Positions 31,718 to 41,356 of a stretch of 64,000 nt of DNA are shown here, one piece after another (the first letter of the stretch is position 1; each line of letters begins with the position of its first letter). The translations under genes and the position numbers were made by a program. Source of the DNA: an uncultured Planctomycetota bacterium. GTDB lineage: Bacteria; Planctomycetota; Phycisphaerae; Tepidisphaerales; Tepidisphaeraceae. The notes under the pieces are model-generated. The model was given only the letters and a program-made list of their open reading frames with translations. It searched no databases and was not told where the DNA came from. Location: positions 1,568,001 to 1,632,000 of the forward strand of contig CAWJEN010000006.1 of NCBI GenBank assembly GCA_963841915.1, in the 5' to 3' direction.

Positions 31718-32407
31718 ATGCTCCGCATCGATGTTGTCAGCCTCTTTCCCGAGATGTACGCGGGCGTGCTCGGCACCTCGATTCCCAAGCGAGCGGCCGA
31801 CAAAAGGCTTGTCGAATACGCGCTGACCGACATCCGCCCATTCGGTGAGGGCAAGTATGGCAAAATCGACGACCGCCCGTTCGGCGGTGGGCCCGGCATG
31901 ATCATGATGCCGCAGGTGCTTGCCGCGGCGACCGATCACGCGCTGGCACTTGACGCCAGACCCGCCCGGCGGCTGCTAATGACACCGGTCGGTAAGCCAT
32001 TCGACCACGCCACCGCCGCCAGCCTTGCGTGCGAGGAGCGTCTGCTGATCTGCGCGACGCACTACGAGGGCTACGACGAACGTTTCCGCGAGGCGTACGA
32101 CTTCGAAGAGATCAGCCTCGGCGACTTCGTTCTCAGCGGCGGTGAGTTGGCGGCGATGGTGGTCATTGATGCCGTAGTACGTCTCATTCCCGGCGTACTC
32201 GGGCACGGGGAGGGCAACCAGCACGACAGCTTCGCCGACGCCGCCGACGGGTTGCTGGAAGGACCGCAGTACACGCGGCCGAGGTCGTGGAAGGGCCGTG
32301 AAGTGCCGGAGATCTTGATGAACGGCGACCACAAGAAGATTGACGCTTGGCGGCATGAGCAGCGTCTGGAGCGGACGAGGCAGCGTCGACCAGACCTGCT
32401 GAAGTGA
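31718..32407 (+). CDS. trmD: tRNA (guanine-37-N1) methyltransferase
   Basis: DDRPFGGGPGM, YEGYDER, SLGDFVLSGGE, PQYTRP. Confidence 0.97.
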   Translation: MLRIDVVSLFPEMYAGVLGTSIPKRAADKRLVEYALTDIRPFGEGKYGKIDDRPFGGGPGMIMMPQVLAAATDHALALDARPARRLLMTPVGKPFDHATAASLACEERLLICATHYEGYDERFREAYDFEEISLGDFVLSGGELAAMVVIDAVVRLIPGVLGHGEGNQHDSFADAADGLLEGPQYTRPRSWKGREVPEILMNGDHKKIDAWRHEQRLERTRQRRPDLLK

Positions 32408-32493
32408 CCGCAACTGCGGATCGCAGCTTTGCGTTTCACTTTCGGCAGGTGGTCGGCCTACAGTGCCCGCCCGACCCGACGGAGACGCACGCC

Positions 32494-32913
32494 ATGATTC
32501 ACCCTCTCATCCAGGCCGCCGAGGCCGCGACCCTCAAGGTTTCCGACGCTGTCCCGCAACTTGCGGTGGGTGACGACGTGGACGTCAACTACCGCATTGT
32601 CGAGGGCAAAAAGGAGCGCGTCCAGCGTTTCAGCGGCGTGGTCATCTCGATCAAGGGTCGCGGCCCGACGAAGGTGTTCACCGTCCGTCGCCTCGTCGCT
32701 GGCCAGGGCGTGGAGCGTATTTTTCCGTTCCACTCGCCGAACGTGACCGAGGTCAAGATCCGTCGCAGCGGCCGCACCCGGCGTGCCCGGCTTTACTACC
32801 TGCGCGACCGCGTCGGTAAGGCCACCCGCCTTGCCGAGAAGAAGGACCCTTCCCTCCTCGCCAAGCAGGCCGAGAAGAAGGCCGCCAAGGCTGCCAAGGC
32901 TAAGGCGAACTAG
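32494..32913 (+). CDS. rplS: 50S ribosomal protein L19
   Basis: EGKKERVQ, FTVRR, GVERIFP, RRARLYYLR. Confidence 0.97.
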   Translation: MIHPLIQAAEAATLKVSDAVPQLAVGDDVDVNYRIVEGKKERVQRFSGVVISIKGRGPTKVFTVRRLVAGQGVERIFPFHSPNVTEVKIRRSGRTRRARLYYLRDRVGKATRLAEKKDPSLLAKQAEKKAAKAAKAKAN

Positions 32914-32936
32914 ATCTTTTGAAATCAACAGCATTC

Positions 32937-32969
32937 ATGGCACGGCCGATCGGCCGTGCCATCTTTGTT
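32937..32969 (+). terminator. Intrinsic terminator
   Basis: Palindrome ATGGCACGGCCGATCGGCCGTGCCAT followed by CTTTGTT. Confidence 0.7.
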
Positions 32970-33009
32970 GCTGCGGGACAGCATCGGATTGTTCGGGTAG
33001 AGTAAGGGC

Positions 33010-34116
33010 GTGCAGGAATCGTACGAGTATGCCGATGCGTTACCTGATGGCTTGGCCCGTCGGCGTGGCTCGGGTCTCAACCCGGCCAATCGGTTTCAAC
33101 CGCACCGCTTCCACCTTGACGGCGACTGGCTCGACGAGCAAGAGCCGCAAGATCACCCCAGGCGGGTGCCACTCGAAGTCATCGCTGACCACACGCGGCG
33201 AGTCATCCATCGCGTGCAGGCGACGAGCGATGTGCCGTTCAACTGGACGCTCAATCCTTACCGCGGCTGCGAACACGGCTGTGTCTATTGCTATGCGAGG
33301 CCTTGGCACGAGTACCTCGGTTACTCGGCCGGCCTCGATTTCGAGACGAAGATCGTCGCTAAGCACGAAGCACCCGACCTGCTGCGGCGAGAGCTGGCCA
33401 GCCCGTCCTGGCGTGGTGAGCCGATCGTCATGTCGGCCATCACCGACGTGTATCAGCCTATCGAGGCAAAGCTGGGCATCGTCCGCCGCTGCCTGGAGGT
33501 GCTGGCCGAGGCGAACCAGCCCGTGAGCACGATGACCAAGGGCAGCTTGGTGCTTCGCGATCTCGATCTTTGGGAGCAGCTTGCCTCCAAGAAGGCGGCG
33601 CGGGTGACGGTGACGCTCGTGACGCTTGACGATCAGCTGGCCAAGTCGCTCGAACCACGGGCGGCGTCACCAAAGCGTCGGTTGCGGATGATCCGCGAGC
33701 TCACCGATGCTGGCGTGGACGTCGCGGTCAATGTCGCACCGGTTATTCCCGGTCTGACCGACCACGAGGTGCCCCAAATCGTTGAAGCGGTGGCCGATCA
33801 CGGGGCGAAGTCTGCGTCCTGGGTGCTACTGCGGTTGCCTTGCCAGCTCAAGGCTATCTTCCTCGATTGGCTGCAACGGTCGGTTCATCCGTCTCGGGCC
33901 AGGAAGGTCGAGTCGCTGCTCCGCCAAGCCCGCAACGGCAAGCTCTATGACGCCGAAACACGATGGGATCCGCAGGGGCCGCTGGCGAAGCAAACGGGGC
34001 AAGTCTTCGACGTTTTCTGTAAAAGGCACGGCATGAGCGTCGAGCGTCAGCCGCTCGAGAGCCAGCACTTTCGGCCACCTGTGCCGCGTGGTGGGCAGTT
34101 CGGCTTGTTCGGCTGA
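33010..34116 (+). CDS. PA0069 family radical SAM protein (spore photoproduct lyase-like)
   Basis: NPYRGCEHGCVYCYAR, GLDFETKI, TDVYQPIE, C-terminal QFGLF. Confidence 0.92.
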   Translation: MQESYEYADALPDGLARRRGSGLNPANRFQPHRFHLDGDWLDEQEPQDHPRRVPLEVIADHTRRVIHRVQATSDVPFNWTLNPYRGCEHGCVYCYARPWHEYLGYSAGLDFETKIVAKHEAPDLLRRELASPSWRGEPIVMSAITDVYQPIEAKLGIVRRCLEVLAEANQPVSTMTKGSLVLRDLDLWEQLASKKAARVTVTLVTLDDQLAKSLEPRAASPKRRLRMIRELTDAGVDVAVNVAPVIPGLTDHEVPQIVEAVADHGAKSASWVLLRLPCQLKAIFLDWLQRSVHPSRARKVESLLRQARNGKLYDAETRWDPQGPLAKQTGQVFDVFCKRHGMSVERQPLESQHFRPPVPRGGQFGLFG

Positions 34117-34124
34117 CGCGAGTT

Positions 34125-35087
34125 TCAGATGGCACTGCGGTCGGTGCGGTACTGCGAGGGTGTGACGCCGTGATGTCGACGGAAGCTACGGATGAAGCTG
34201 GCGTGCGACTGAAAGCCCATGTCGAAGGCAATGTGCTTGATCGGTTCGTTGCCGCCTCGGAGCCGTCGGCTGGCTTCCTGCAGCCGGAGTTCAAGCAGAA
34301 ACTGGTGAGGCGGTACGCCGTAATGCCGTTTAAATGCACGCGTCAGGTGTTCGCGGCTGACGTCGTGCAGTGCGGCTAAGTCGGCAACCGTCCAATCACG
34401 GCGGATGTCGTTCCGCAGACTCGCCTCTGCCGCCAACGCAAGGTCTGGCGTGACCTTGCCGCGACTGGCGGCACCCGATTCGGCCACGCTCAGCAATGCC
34501 TCAAAGACATCGTCTGCCAGTCGCAGGGCGGCGGCGCCGGACATTTCAGTGACGTGATCTGGTGAGCGTGAGACCTGCTGAAGTCGACGGACGAGCAGAT
34601 GATCAAGCCCGAGTCGGTAGACCCGTCCGTATCGCTGGACGAGCGACTTGGCGGTGGTCACCGCGACGCTGCCGTTGAGGATGAGGCCGATAAACTCCCA
34701 CGGCCCCCGGTGGGCGGGGTGATAGGACTCCCAGATGCCGTCATTTTCCTCGACAAATCGCAGGACGGCCTCGCCCGGTCTGAGCTGCCAGAGTGGCCCG
34801 CTTTTGGACCGCCCGACGGCACCGCCGGCAGTGAGTGAGATCTTAACCACGACGTGATCCGGCATGGGTGTCTGGCGGACGTGGTCGATGTCGTATCGCG
34901 GCGACAACGCCTGGCCGCGGCCGACATAGTGCGGCGCAGGCAGATCGGGTAAGCGATCCCGCACCCGAAACCACGTGTAGTCGAGCATTCGATACGACTT
35001 GTCGGCCAACTCGAGCGAGCGGTCGGGCGGAAAGGCGTTGGCAGGCTCCGGCGGAGCGACGCGAATGTGTGCTGCAACGTTGGACAT
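34125..35087 (-). CDS. AraC family transcriptional regulator
   Basis: WTVADLA...SREHLTRAFK...IAFDMGFQSHASFIRSFRRHHGVTPSQYR; start uncertain. Confidence 0.92.
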   Translation of the reverse strand: MSNVAAHIRVAPPEPANAFPPDRSLELADKSYRMLDYTWFRVRDRLPDLPAPHYVGRGQALSPRYDIDHVRQTPMPDHVVVKISLTAGGAVGRSKSGPLWQLRPGEAVLRFVEENDGIWESYHPAHRGPWEFIGLILNGSVAVTTAKSLVQRYGRVYRLGLDHLLVRRLQQVSRSPDHVTEMSGAAALRLADDVFEALLSVAESGAASRGKVTPDLALAAEASLRNDIRRDWTVADLAALHDVSREHLTRAFKRHYGVPPHQFLLELRLQEASRRLRGGNEPIKHIAFDMGFQSHASFIRSFRRHHGVTPSQYRTDRSAI

Positions 35088-35108
35088 CGGGTTGGCCTGC
35101 TGGGCGTG

Positions 35109-35172
35109 GTCACATCTCGGCAAGCCATGTCACAAGAACAGGCTTGGCGTCGGCATCATAACCGTTTAGTCT
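35109..35172 (+). promoter_or_regulatory. Promoter with upstream GTCACA direct repeats (putative AraC sites)
   Basis: GTCACA at 35109 and 35129; TTGGCG-17 nt-TAGTCT. Same layout recurs at 36341-36405. Confidence 0.6.
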
Positions 35173-35188
35173 AAGTCTTGCAGCCGAA

Positions 35189-35270
35189 CTCGTCGCGGTC
35201 GGCCGCATCACACCCGCTTTTGCACGACCGTGCCACCGCGGGTGGCGAGGAGTCGCGACACCCGGCTGAT
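35189..35270 (+). ncRNA. Candidate structured 5'-leader RNA, copy 1
   Basis: Stems GTCGCG/CGCGAC and CACCCGC/GCGGGTG; conserved with covariation in copy 2. Confidence 0.45.
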
Positions 35271-35363
35271 GATCTAGGTCATGGCCGGTAGATTCAGTCC
35301 ATGCTGCCAGACACGTGCAGCAACGCCGGCAAAGAGCCGGCACCCTAAGGAGCAGGAGCCACA

Positions 35364-36206
35364 ATGAAAAAGTTCACCACGACCGTCGCCCTCGGTGCGG
35401 CAACCGTTTTCGCCACCGCCGCGATGAGTGCAGCTCAAACGGTGCTGTACAGCGATTCCTTCAACCGTACGAGCGGAATGGGTGACGCCACCGGTGGCGT
35501 TGGTGACTCCGACTGGGGCATGAACGACAACGCCCTCGGCGGTTCGCTGCAGTCGACCTATTTCGTCGGACCTGAGCGTGCAGGTGGAGCGAACCAGGTT
35601 GTCAACCAGGAAGGCGTGCTCGTCGACGGCGGGGCCTTCTTGAACCTCGACGCCAGCGTGGGGTCACCACTCGGCTTTACCGTCGCGTTTGACTTCGACC
35701 GCTTCTACAACAATCCCGCCGGCCAAGGCAACGGCTTCATTGCTGTCGGCCTCGGGGTCGATGCCACCGCAACCGATGCCACCATCGGCGGCTCTGGATT
35801 CGTCGTCAATAACTCCGACACCGCAGTGCTGTTCCAGCAAGGTGCCGGCGGCAACGTCGGTAACGGCCAGGTCTTCACCGATGACAGTGCGGCACCCGCC
35901 TTCGGCAACGCATTCGACTACGGCGACCCGACGGCCGTGCACAGCGTGCTGCTGACGGTCGTTCCACAAATAGCCGGCCTGTACGGATCGGCTGACCTGG
36001 TCGACATCAACGTTACGGTCGACGGCAACAGCCTTTTCGACTACACAACGCTCGGCGGTGACAACTTCGGCAGCTTTGCTGTCAGCAGCAACTCTTTCAC
36101 TGCACGATCGATTGACAACCTCGTCGTCAGCTCGATCGTCCCGGAGCCGACGAGCCTTGCCCTGATCGGACTCGGTGGCCTGGCAGCGTTGCGTCGCCGC
36201 CGCTGA
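35364..36206 (+). CDS. PEP-CTERM protein (paralog of next gene)
   Basis: Signal peptide; VPEP-TM-RRRR; AGGAG RBS. Confidence 0.9.
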   Translation: MKKFTTTVALGAATVFATAAMSAAQTVLYSDSFNRTSGMGDATGGVGDSDWGMNDNALGGSLQSTYFVGPERAGGANQVVNQEGVLVDGGAFLNLDASVGSPLGFTVAFDFDRFYNNPAGQGNGFIAVGLGVDATATDATIGGSGFVVNNSDTAVLFQQGAGGNVGNGQVFTDDSAAPAFGNAFDYGDPTAVHSVLLTVVPQIAGLYGSADLVDINVTVDGNSLFDYTTLGGDNFGSFAVSSNSFTARSIDNLVVSSIVPEPTSLALIGLGGLAALRRRR

Positions 36207-36262
36207 ACGGGTGATCTGTTACAACCGCTGCGAGCGTCACAAGGTCGCCCGCTTCAAGCTCT

Positions 36263-36299
36263 GGCCCCGCCGCGGAACAGTTCGTGGTGGGGCCGTTTG
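36263..36299 (+). terminator. Intrinsic terminator
   Basis: GGCCCCGCCGCG / CGTGGTGGGGCC stem then GTTT. Confidence 0.55.
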
Positions 36300-36340
36300 C
36301 GTGTACGGCAAGGCCCGGGACGGCGGCGGGTTCGATTGCA

Positions 36341-36405
36341 GTCACAAGAGGCGAATCCTTGTCACATGCCACACCATTGGCACGAGCATCATAAGCGATT
36401 ATGCT
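36341..36405 (+). promoter_or_regulatory. Promoter with upstream GTCACA direct repeats (putative AraC sites)
   Basis: GTCACA at 36341 and 36361; TTGGCA-17 nt-TATGCT. Confidence 0.6.
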
Positions 36406-36421
36406 CGCTACTGCCGTCGAT

Positions 36422-36507
36422 CTCGTCGCAGTCGGCGGCATCACACCCCGGTCAGTTTCCCATTGCGGAGCCGATGGTGTCGAGGAGGTGCGACGACCCG
36501 GCCCGAC
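36422..36507 (+). ncRNA. Candidate structured 5'-leader RNA, copy 2
   Basis: Stems CGTCGCA/TGCGACG and ACACC/GGTGT; shares loop sequences with copy 1. Confidence 0.45.
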
Positions 36508-36586
36508 AGCGCCGGCTTCACAGTTATCCATCACACTCGCAGTGTGACCGCCCGTGCTGCACGGGCAACCAGGAGCAGGAGAAAAC

Positions 36587-37672
36587 ATGAACAAGCTCAA
36601 CCTCGCGGCCGCCGTTGGCGTCGCCACCCTCTTTGCCACCGCCAGCTTCAGCAGCGGTCAGATCCTCTTCAGCGACTCCTTTAGTCGGACCACCGGCATG
36701 GGTGGTCCCGTCAACGACACTGTCGGTGACTCCGATTGGGGTGCCAACGACAACCTGCTCGGTGGGTCGCAGTCGGCCACGTACCTCGTCGGCCCGGAGC
36801 GCGGCGGCGGTGCAAACCAGGTCGTCAATCAGGAGGGCTTCACCATCGAAGGTGCCGCGTTCCTGCCGCTCGATGCCGCCGCTTCTTCGCCGATGGGCTT
36901 CACGGTCGGCTTTGACTTTGACAGATTTGCCGGACCCAGTGATGGCGGTGACGGCAACGGCTACATCGCGATCGGCCTCGGGGCCGACCTGTCGCTTGAC
37001 CAGTCCGCCCTGGGCGGTGCTGCTTTTGCACTCAACAACACCGACACAGCCGTCTTGTTTCAACAGGGCGTTGACGGCAACGTCGGTAACGGTCAAGTCT
37101 TCACCAACGACGGCACGATCAACATGCCGCCGGCGTTTCCCGCCGCCTTCGACTACGGCGACCCGACCGCCTCGCACAGCGTCGTACTCACAGCCGTCCC
37201 GCAGGTCACCGGTCTCTACGGCGACAGCGACCTCGTCGACATCAACGTCACCGTCGACGGCAACAGCCTCTTTGACTACACGACCAACGGCGGCACCGAC
37301 TTTGGCACGTTCTCCGTCAGCAGCAACGGCTTCGTCTTCCGCTCGATCGATAACCTCGTCGTCGAAGCCATCATGGATGATGTCCGCCTGCCCGGCGACG
37401 CTAACGGTGACGGCACCGTCTCCATCCTCGACTTCGCCATCCTGCGGGCCAACTTCGGCAGCAACATGGGCACCTTCGAGACCGGCGACTTCAACGAAGA
37501 CGGCCTTGTTTCCATCCTCGACTTCGCCATCCTTCGCGCCAACTTCGGCACGAGCCTGACGCCGGCCCAGCTTGCAACGGTCGACGCCTGGTACGCCAGC
37601 GTCGTCCCCGAGCCGACGACCGCCGCCCTGCTCGCCCTTGGCGGACTGGCGATGCTGCGTCGTCGCCGTTGA
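36587..37672 (+). CDS. PEP-CTERM protein with dockerin-like repeats
   Basis: Same domain as the 35364 gene plus two GDxNxDGxVSILDFAILRANFG repeats and a VPEP tail. Confidence 0.9.
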   Translation: MNKLNLAAAVGVATLFATASFSSGQILFSDSFSRTTGMGGPVNDTVGDSDWGANDNLLGGSQSATYLVGPERGGGANQVVNQEGFTIEGAAFLPLDAAASSPMGFTVGFDFDRFAGPSDGGDGNGYIAIGLGADLSLDQSALGGAAFALNNTDTAVLFQQGVDGNVGNGQVFTNDGTINMPPAFPAAFDYGDPTASHSVVLTAVPQVTGLYGDSDLVDINVTVDGNSLFDYTTNGGTDFGTFSVSSNGFVFRSIDNLVVEAIMDDVRLPGDANGDGTVSILDFAILRANFGSNMGTFETGDFNEDGLVSILDFAILRANFGTSLTPAQLATVDAWYASVVPEPTTAALLALGGLAMLRRRR

Positions 37673-37701
37673 GACGTTGCGGGGTCTCGTCTCAGCGTAA
37701 A

Positions 37702-37740
37702 GCGGCTCCGCCCCTGATGGGTCGGAGCCGTTCGTCTTTC
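37702..37740 (+). terminator. Intrinsic terminator
   Basis: CGGCTCCG...CGGAGCCG stem then TTCGTCTTT. Confidence 0.65.
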
Positions 37741-37768
37741 TGCTTCTTCCACCACAAACCGACTGCTC

Positions 37769-40700
37769 ATGGTTTCTCTTCGATTTCCTTGGTGTTTTCG
37801 CACCTTTACCGTGGCCGCGGGCCTTCTACTCGGGGTGCAGGGGGTGTGGGCACAGGACGCCGCGCCGGCCACGCCAGTCCCAGACTCCGGGTTGAATGCC
37901 GAGAGCGACCGCGGCGTGGGCGTGGCAGGTCGTCCGGCTGCTGTTGACGATCTGGTGGGTCAGGCCGGTGAGACGGCCGACATCCTGCCGGTCGTCCGCC
38001 TGACACCACGTGACGTGCGCGTGCCCGGTGGCATCTGGCGAGGCAAGCACAGCCTGACAGGCGAATGGACGTATCAGCCGAAGGTGCCCGATAGCTTTGA
38101 CGGCTCTGCCGCGAGCCTGGGCGACGGCACGACGAAGCTGCAGATCCCGGGGCACCCGATGATGCACGGCTTCGACAAGCTGACGAAGGAGACAGGCCAC
38201 GCCGTCGGCTGGACACGGACCTTCGCCGTTCCCGACGCTTGGAAGAACGACGAGACCGTCGTCCGCGTCCGCTTCGAGTCGCTCGACGGCCTCAACACCG
38301 TCTACGTCAACGGCCAGGAGGTCGGTCGCAGTGAGCGGGTCAATCTGCCCAGCGAATTCGACATCACCAGCGCCCTCGACAAGAACGGAGACAACGAGAT
38401 CACGATTTCGCAGGAATGGTCGCTGGCCACGCATTGGAGCAAGCGAAACCTCGGCACGATCGCCCGCGACGTCTACCTGCAGGCGCTGCCACCGGTGAAC
38501 ATCGCACGGCTGCACGTCGACACGGATCTGTCGGACGATCTGACGTCGGCGATCGTCAAGGCACACCTGCGGATCGCCAACGACGCCGACGAACCCGTGG
38601 CCGACCCGCACGTGCGTCTGACGCTCATGGGGCCAGGCGAGGAGCGCGTACCGGTCGCGCTCGACAGCCGAGACATTCCGCTACCCGCCATCGCGGCACG
38701 GCAGATGCTCGAGACCACGATCCCGTTCCCTGCGAGCGGTTTCGAGACGTGGGATGCAGAGAACCCCAACCTCTACCACCTCAAGGCGGAGCTGATTCTC
38801 GACGCCGAGCCGGTGATGGAGGCGACGCAGCGGTTCGGCTTCCGCAAGATCACGACCGACGGCCGCGGTCGTCTGCTGGTCAACGGCTCACCGATCAAGC
38901 TGCGGGGCACGAACTACCACATGAGCTGGCCGGGCGTTGGTTACTTCGGCACACCGACGCAGGCGCGGCTGGACTTGGAGCGGTGGCTCGACGCGAACAT
39001 GAACGTCCTGCGGGTCCGACCAACGCCCATGATCGAGTACGTCGAGATGTGCGACGAACTGGGCATGTACACCACGATAGAGGCGATGTTCACGCTCATG
39101 ATGTACGACAAAGGCCCACTCGGTGACCGCGGGGCTGACCCGAGCATCGCGCCCGGCGTCCGCGAGCACATGGCGGCCATGATCGAAAGCTACCGCAGCC
39201 ACCCGTCGGTCCTCATGTGGGGCCTCGGCAACGAATGCCCGTACTACGACTACTTCAAGACGGCTGCACTGGGCATGAAGAATACCGGCATCGCCGAGCC
39301 GCTCTTCTTCGGCAGCGACGACCGGCTCGGCGTCGGCATCGACTTCATGGACGTCAACGACGACCACTACCCACGCCTCGGCGACGCCAACTTCAGCGAC
39401 CTCTCCAAGATCGAAGGCGTCGGCTGGGACTACCCCAAGAACCGGCCCAACATGTTCACCGAGTGGTGCCACATCCCGGCTAACAACATCAAGGAGATTC
39501 TGTTCGATCCGGGCATCGACGACTACTGGGGCTGGTACGCCCAGCTGCACGCCGACTGGATGGTTGCTCCTGAAAACGAGCACATTGCAGGCGGATTTCT
39601 GTTCCTCGGTGCGCCGGAACGCAAGCTCGGCTCGACCTTCCCGTGGCGTGGCTTCTTCGATGCCTACCGGCGTCCGTACGACATGGCGTGGCACGTCAAG
39701 AAGAGTCACTCGCCCGTCCGAATCGCAAAGCCCGACGGCATCCTCGATGGTGACGTCGTCACCGTCGCCGTCGACAACCGCTTCGACTTCCGCAACTTCA
39801 GCGACATGACCATCCGCTGGCAGCAGGGCGACCGCTCCGGCACAATCAAAGCTGACGTCGAGCCGCACGCGACCGGCACGCTCGACGTGCCGTTCCACGT
39901 GGAACACGACGAGCCGACGCAGCTCAGCTTCATCGATCCGAGCGGCCGCGTCATCGACATCTACGAGATCGGACAGACGCACCTGAAAAGGGACGAAGCA
40001 CCTTCGGTCGCTTCGGAAACGCTGACGGTCGAAGAGGCCGACGACAGGATCACGGTCACGGTCGGCGAGCAGACGTTCGTCCTGACCAACGGCCTGATCA
40101 CGTCGGCAACAATTGACGGCCGCGAGGTGCTTGCCGGTCAGCCGGAACTGGTGATCAGGCCGACGCAGTTCGTAAACTTCCGGGGCAACCAGAAGCTATC
40201 GCTCGTCAACCAGGCCATCGACTGGCAGGCCGACGACGTGAACGTTCAAGAGGAGCGCGACCGTGTCGTCATCACCGCCGCCGGTAAGTACACGCACGCC
40301 GAAGGTCGGTTCGTCACGACGATCGACGACACCGGGGCCGTCAGCGTCAGCTACGACTTCGGCTGGACGAGCGACTTGTCGTTCAACTGCTTCTCGTGGG
40401 GCTACGCGCTGCAAGTCGCAGAGCCTGTGGACACGCTCGTTTGGGAGCGTGACGCGCAGTGGAGTGCGTACCCCAGCGACCACATCGGCCGCCGGGCGGG
40501 GACCGCGCCGGCTCGGGGTGATCCGGCCTACGCGTCAGCCCGCGCCGCCGCTGCGTCACCGGTCGACGGCTCGCTCATGGCCGACATGGACCGCGCGTTG
40601 CCGTGGCCCTGGTCGCAGGACATCGTCTTTGGCAGCTTCGTGACCAACGACTTCCGATCGACCAAAATGCACTACCGCACGGGTGGTTTGGTCGACAAGG

Positions 40701-40975
40701 ACGGCGTCGGTGTCAGGCTCATCGGTGACGGCACCTCGCACGTCCACGCTGTGCCCGTCAACGACACCATCAACGGCGAGACGTTCGAGACCGAATTCCA
40801 TCCCGACTCGCCGCAACGCCAGACCGGCCGATGGTTCCTGCAGGACCTGATGTTCTACCAAGGCTCCAGCGAACCGCACCTGACGAAGTCGATCAAGTTC
40901 GACGCCCTCCAGGTCGACCGTGGCACACGCTTCAACGGCACCGTCAGCTACCGGCTGACGGATGCCGATGAGTGA
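37769..40975 (+). CDS. Glycoside hydrolase family 2 (beta-galactosidase-like), secreted
   Basis: Signal peptide; WDAENPNLY, FGFRKI, CDELGMY, HPSVLMWGLGNE, FTEWCH. Confidence 0.9.
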   Translation: MVSLRFPWCFRTFTVAAGLLLGVQGVWAQDAAPATPVPDSGLNAESDRGVGVAGRPAAVDDLVGQAGETADILPVVRLTPRDVRVPGGIWRGKHSLTGEWTYQPKVPDSFDGSAASLGDGTTKLQIPGHPMMHGFDKLTKETGHAVGWTRTFAVPDAWKNDETVVRVRFESLDGLNTVYVNGQEVGRSERVNLPSEFDITSALDKNGDNEITISQEWSLATHWSKRNLGTIARDVYLQALPPVNIARLHVDTDLSDDLTSAIVKAHLRIANDADEPVADPHVRLTLMGPGEERVPVALDSRDIPLPAIAARQMLETTIPFPASGFETWDAENPNLYHLKAELILDAEPVMEATQRFGFRKITTDGRGRLLVNGSPIKLRGTNYHMSWPGVGYFGTPTQARLDLERWLDANMNVLRVRPTPMIEYVEMCDELGMYTTIEAMFTLMMYDKGPLGDRGADPSIAPGVREHMAAMIESYRSHPSVLMWGLGNECPYYDYFKTAALGMKNTGIAEPLFFGSDDRLGVGIDFMDVNDDHYPRLGDANFSDLSKIEGVGWDYPKNRPNMFTEWCHIPANNIKEILFDPGIDDYWGWYAQLHADWMVAPENEHIAGGFLFLGAPERKLGSTFPWRGFFDAYRRPYDMAWHVKKSHSPVRIAKPDGILDGDVVTVAVDNRFDFRNFSDMTIRWQQGDRSGTIKADVEPHATGTLDVPFHVEHDEPTQLSFIDPSGRVIDIYEIGQTHLKRDEAPSVASETLTVEEADDRITVTVGEQTFVLTNGLITSATIDGREVLAGQPELVIRPTQFVNFRGNQKLSLVNQAIDWQADDVNVQEERDRVVITAAGKYTHAEGRFVTTIDDTGAVSVSYDFGWTSDLSFNCFSWGYALQVAEPVDTLVWERDAQWSAYPSDHIGRRAGTAPARGDPAYASARAAAASPVDGSLMADMDRALPWPWSQDIVFGSFVTNDFRSTKMHYRTGGLVDKDGVGVRLIGDGTSHVHAVPVNDTINGETFETEFHPDSPQRQTGRWFLQDLMFYQGSSEPHLTKSIKFDALQVDRGTRFNGTVSYRLTDADE
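39891..39906. promoter_or_regulatory. parS-like site inside the GH2 gene
   Basis: CGTTCCACGTGGAACA, 15/16 match. Confidence 0.7.
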
Positions 40976-41043
40976 CATTGGCGGAATTGCGTGTTGCGCG
41001 ATGGCGGCCGCCGGGGGTTTGGGATTGGTCGGCGGGCTCGGAA

Positions 41044-41059
41044 TGTTCCACGTGGAACA
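41044..41059. promoter_or_regulatory. parS site
   Basis: Perfect TGTTCCACGTGGAACA at the centre of a 38-bp perfect palindrome (41033-41070). Confidence 0.85.
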
Positions 41060-41116
41060 TTCCGAGCCCGTTTTGCATGACGCCAGTGGGGATTCGGCCT
41101 CGCCGCCGGTTGCCGA

Positions 41117-41132
41117 TGTTCCACGTGGAGCG
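41117..41132. promoter_or_regulatory. parS-like site
   Basis: TGTTCCACGTGGAGCG, 14/16 match. Confidence 0.6.
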
Positions 41133-41356
41133 CGAGTCATCGTCGGCGAGTGCGTCGGCGGGTCGTACGCCGTGCGGGCAGACGCGGCTGTGTGTCGTCG
41201 GCCGATTGCGGTCGGGCGTCGGTGTTGTGCGACAGGGGTCGGCGCGACTGCGTCCGCCGATGCATTGCGCCGCCGCGGCCGCCTTTGCGCAAAAGGACAG
41301 GCGGATCGCACGATGCGATCCGCCTGTCACCGACGTGGAGGAGGTTCAGGAAAGCG

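Noticed and set aside
36525..36533. DnaA box or oriC
   Set aside because: Single imperfect TTATCCATC with no box cluster or AT-rich unwinding region.
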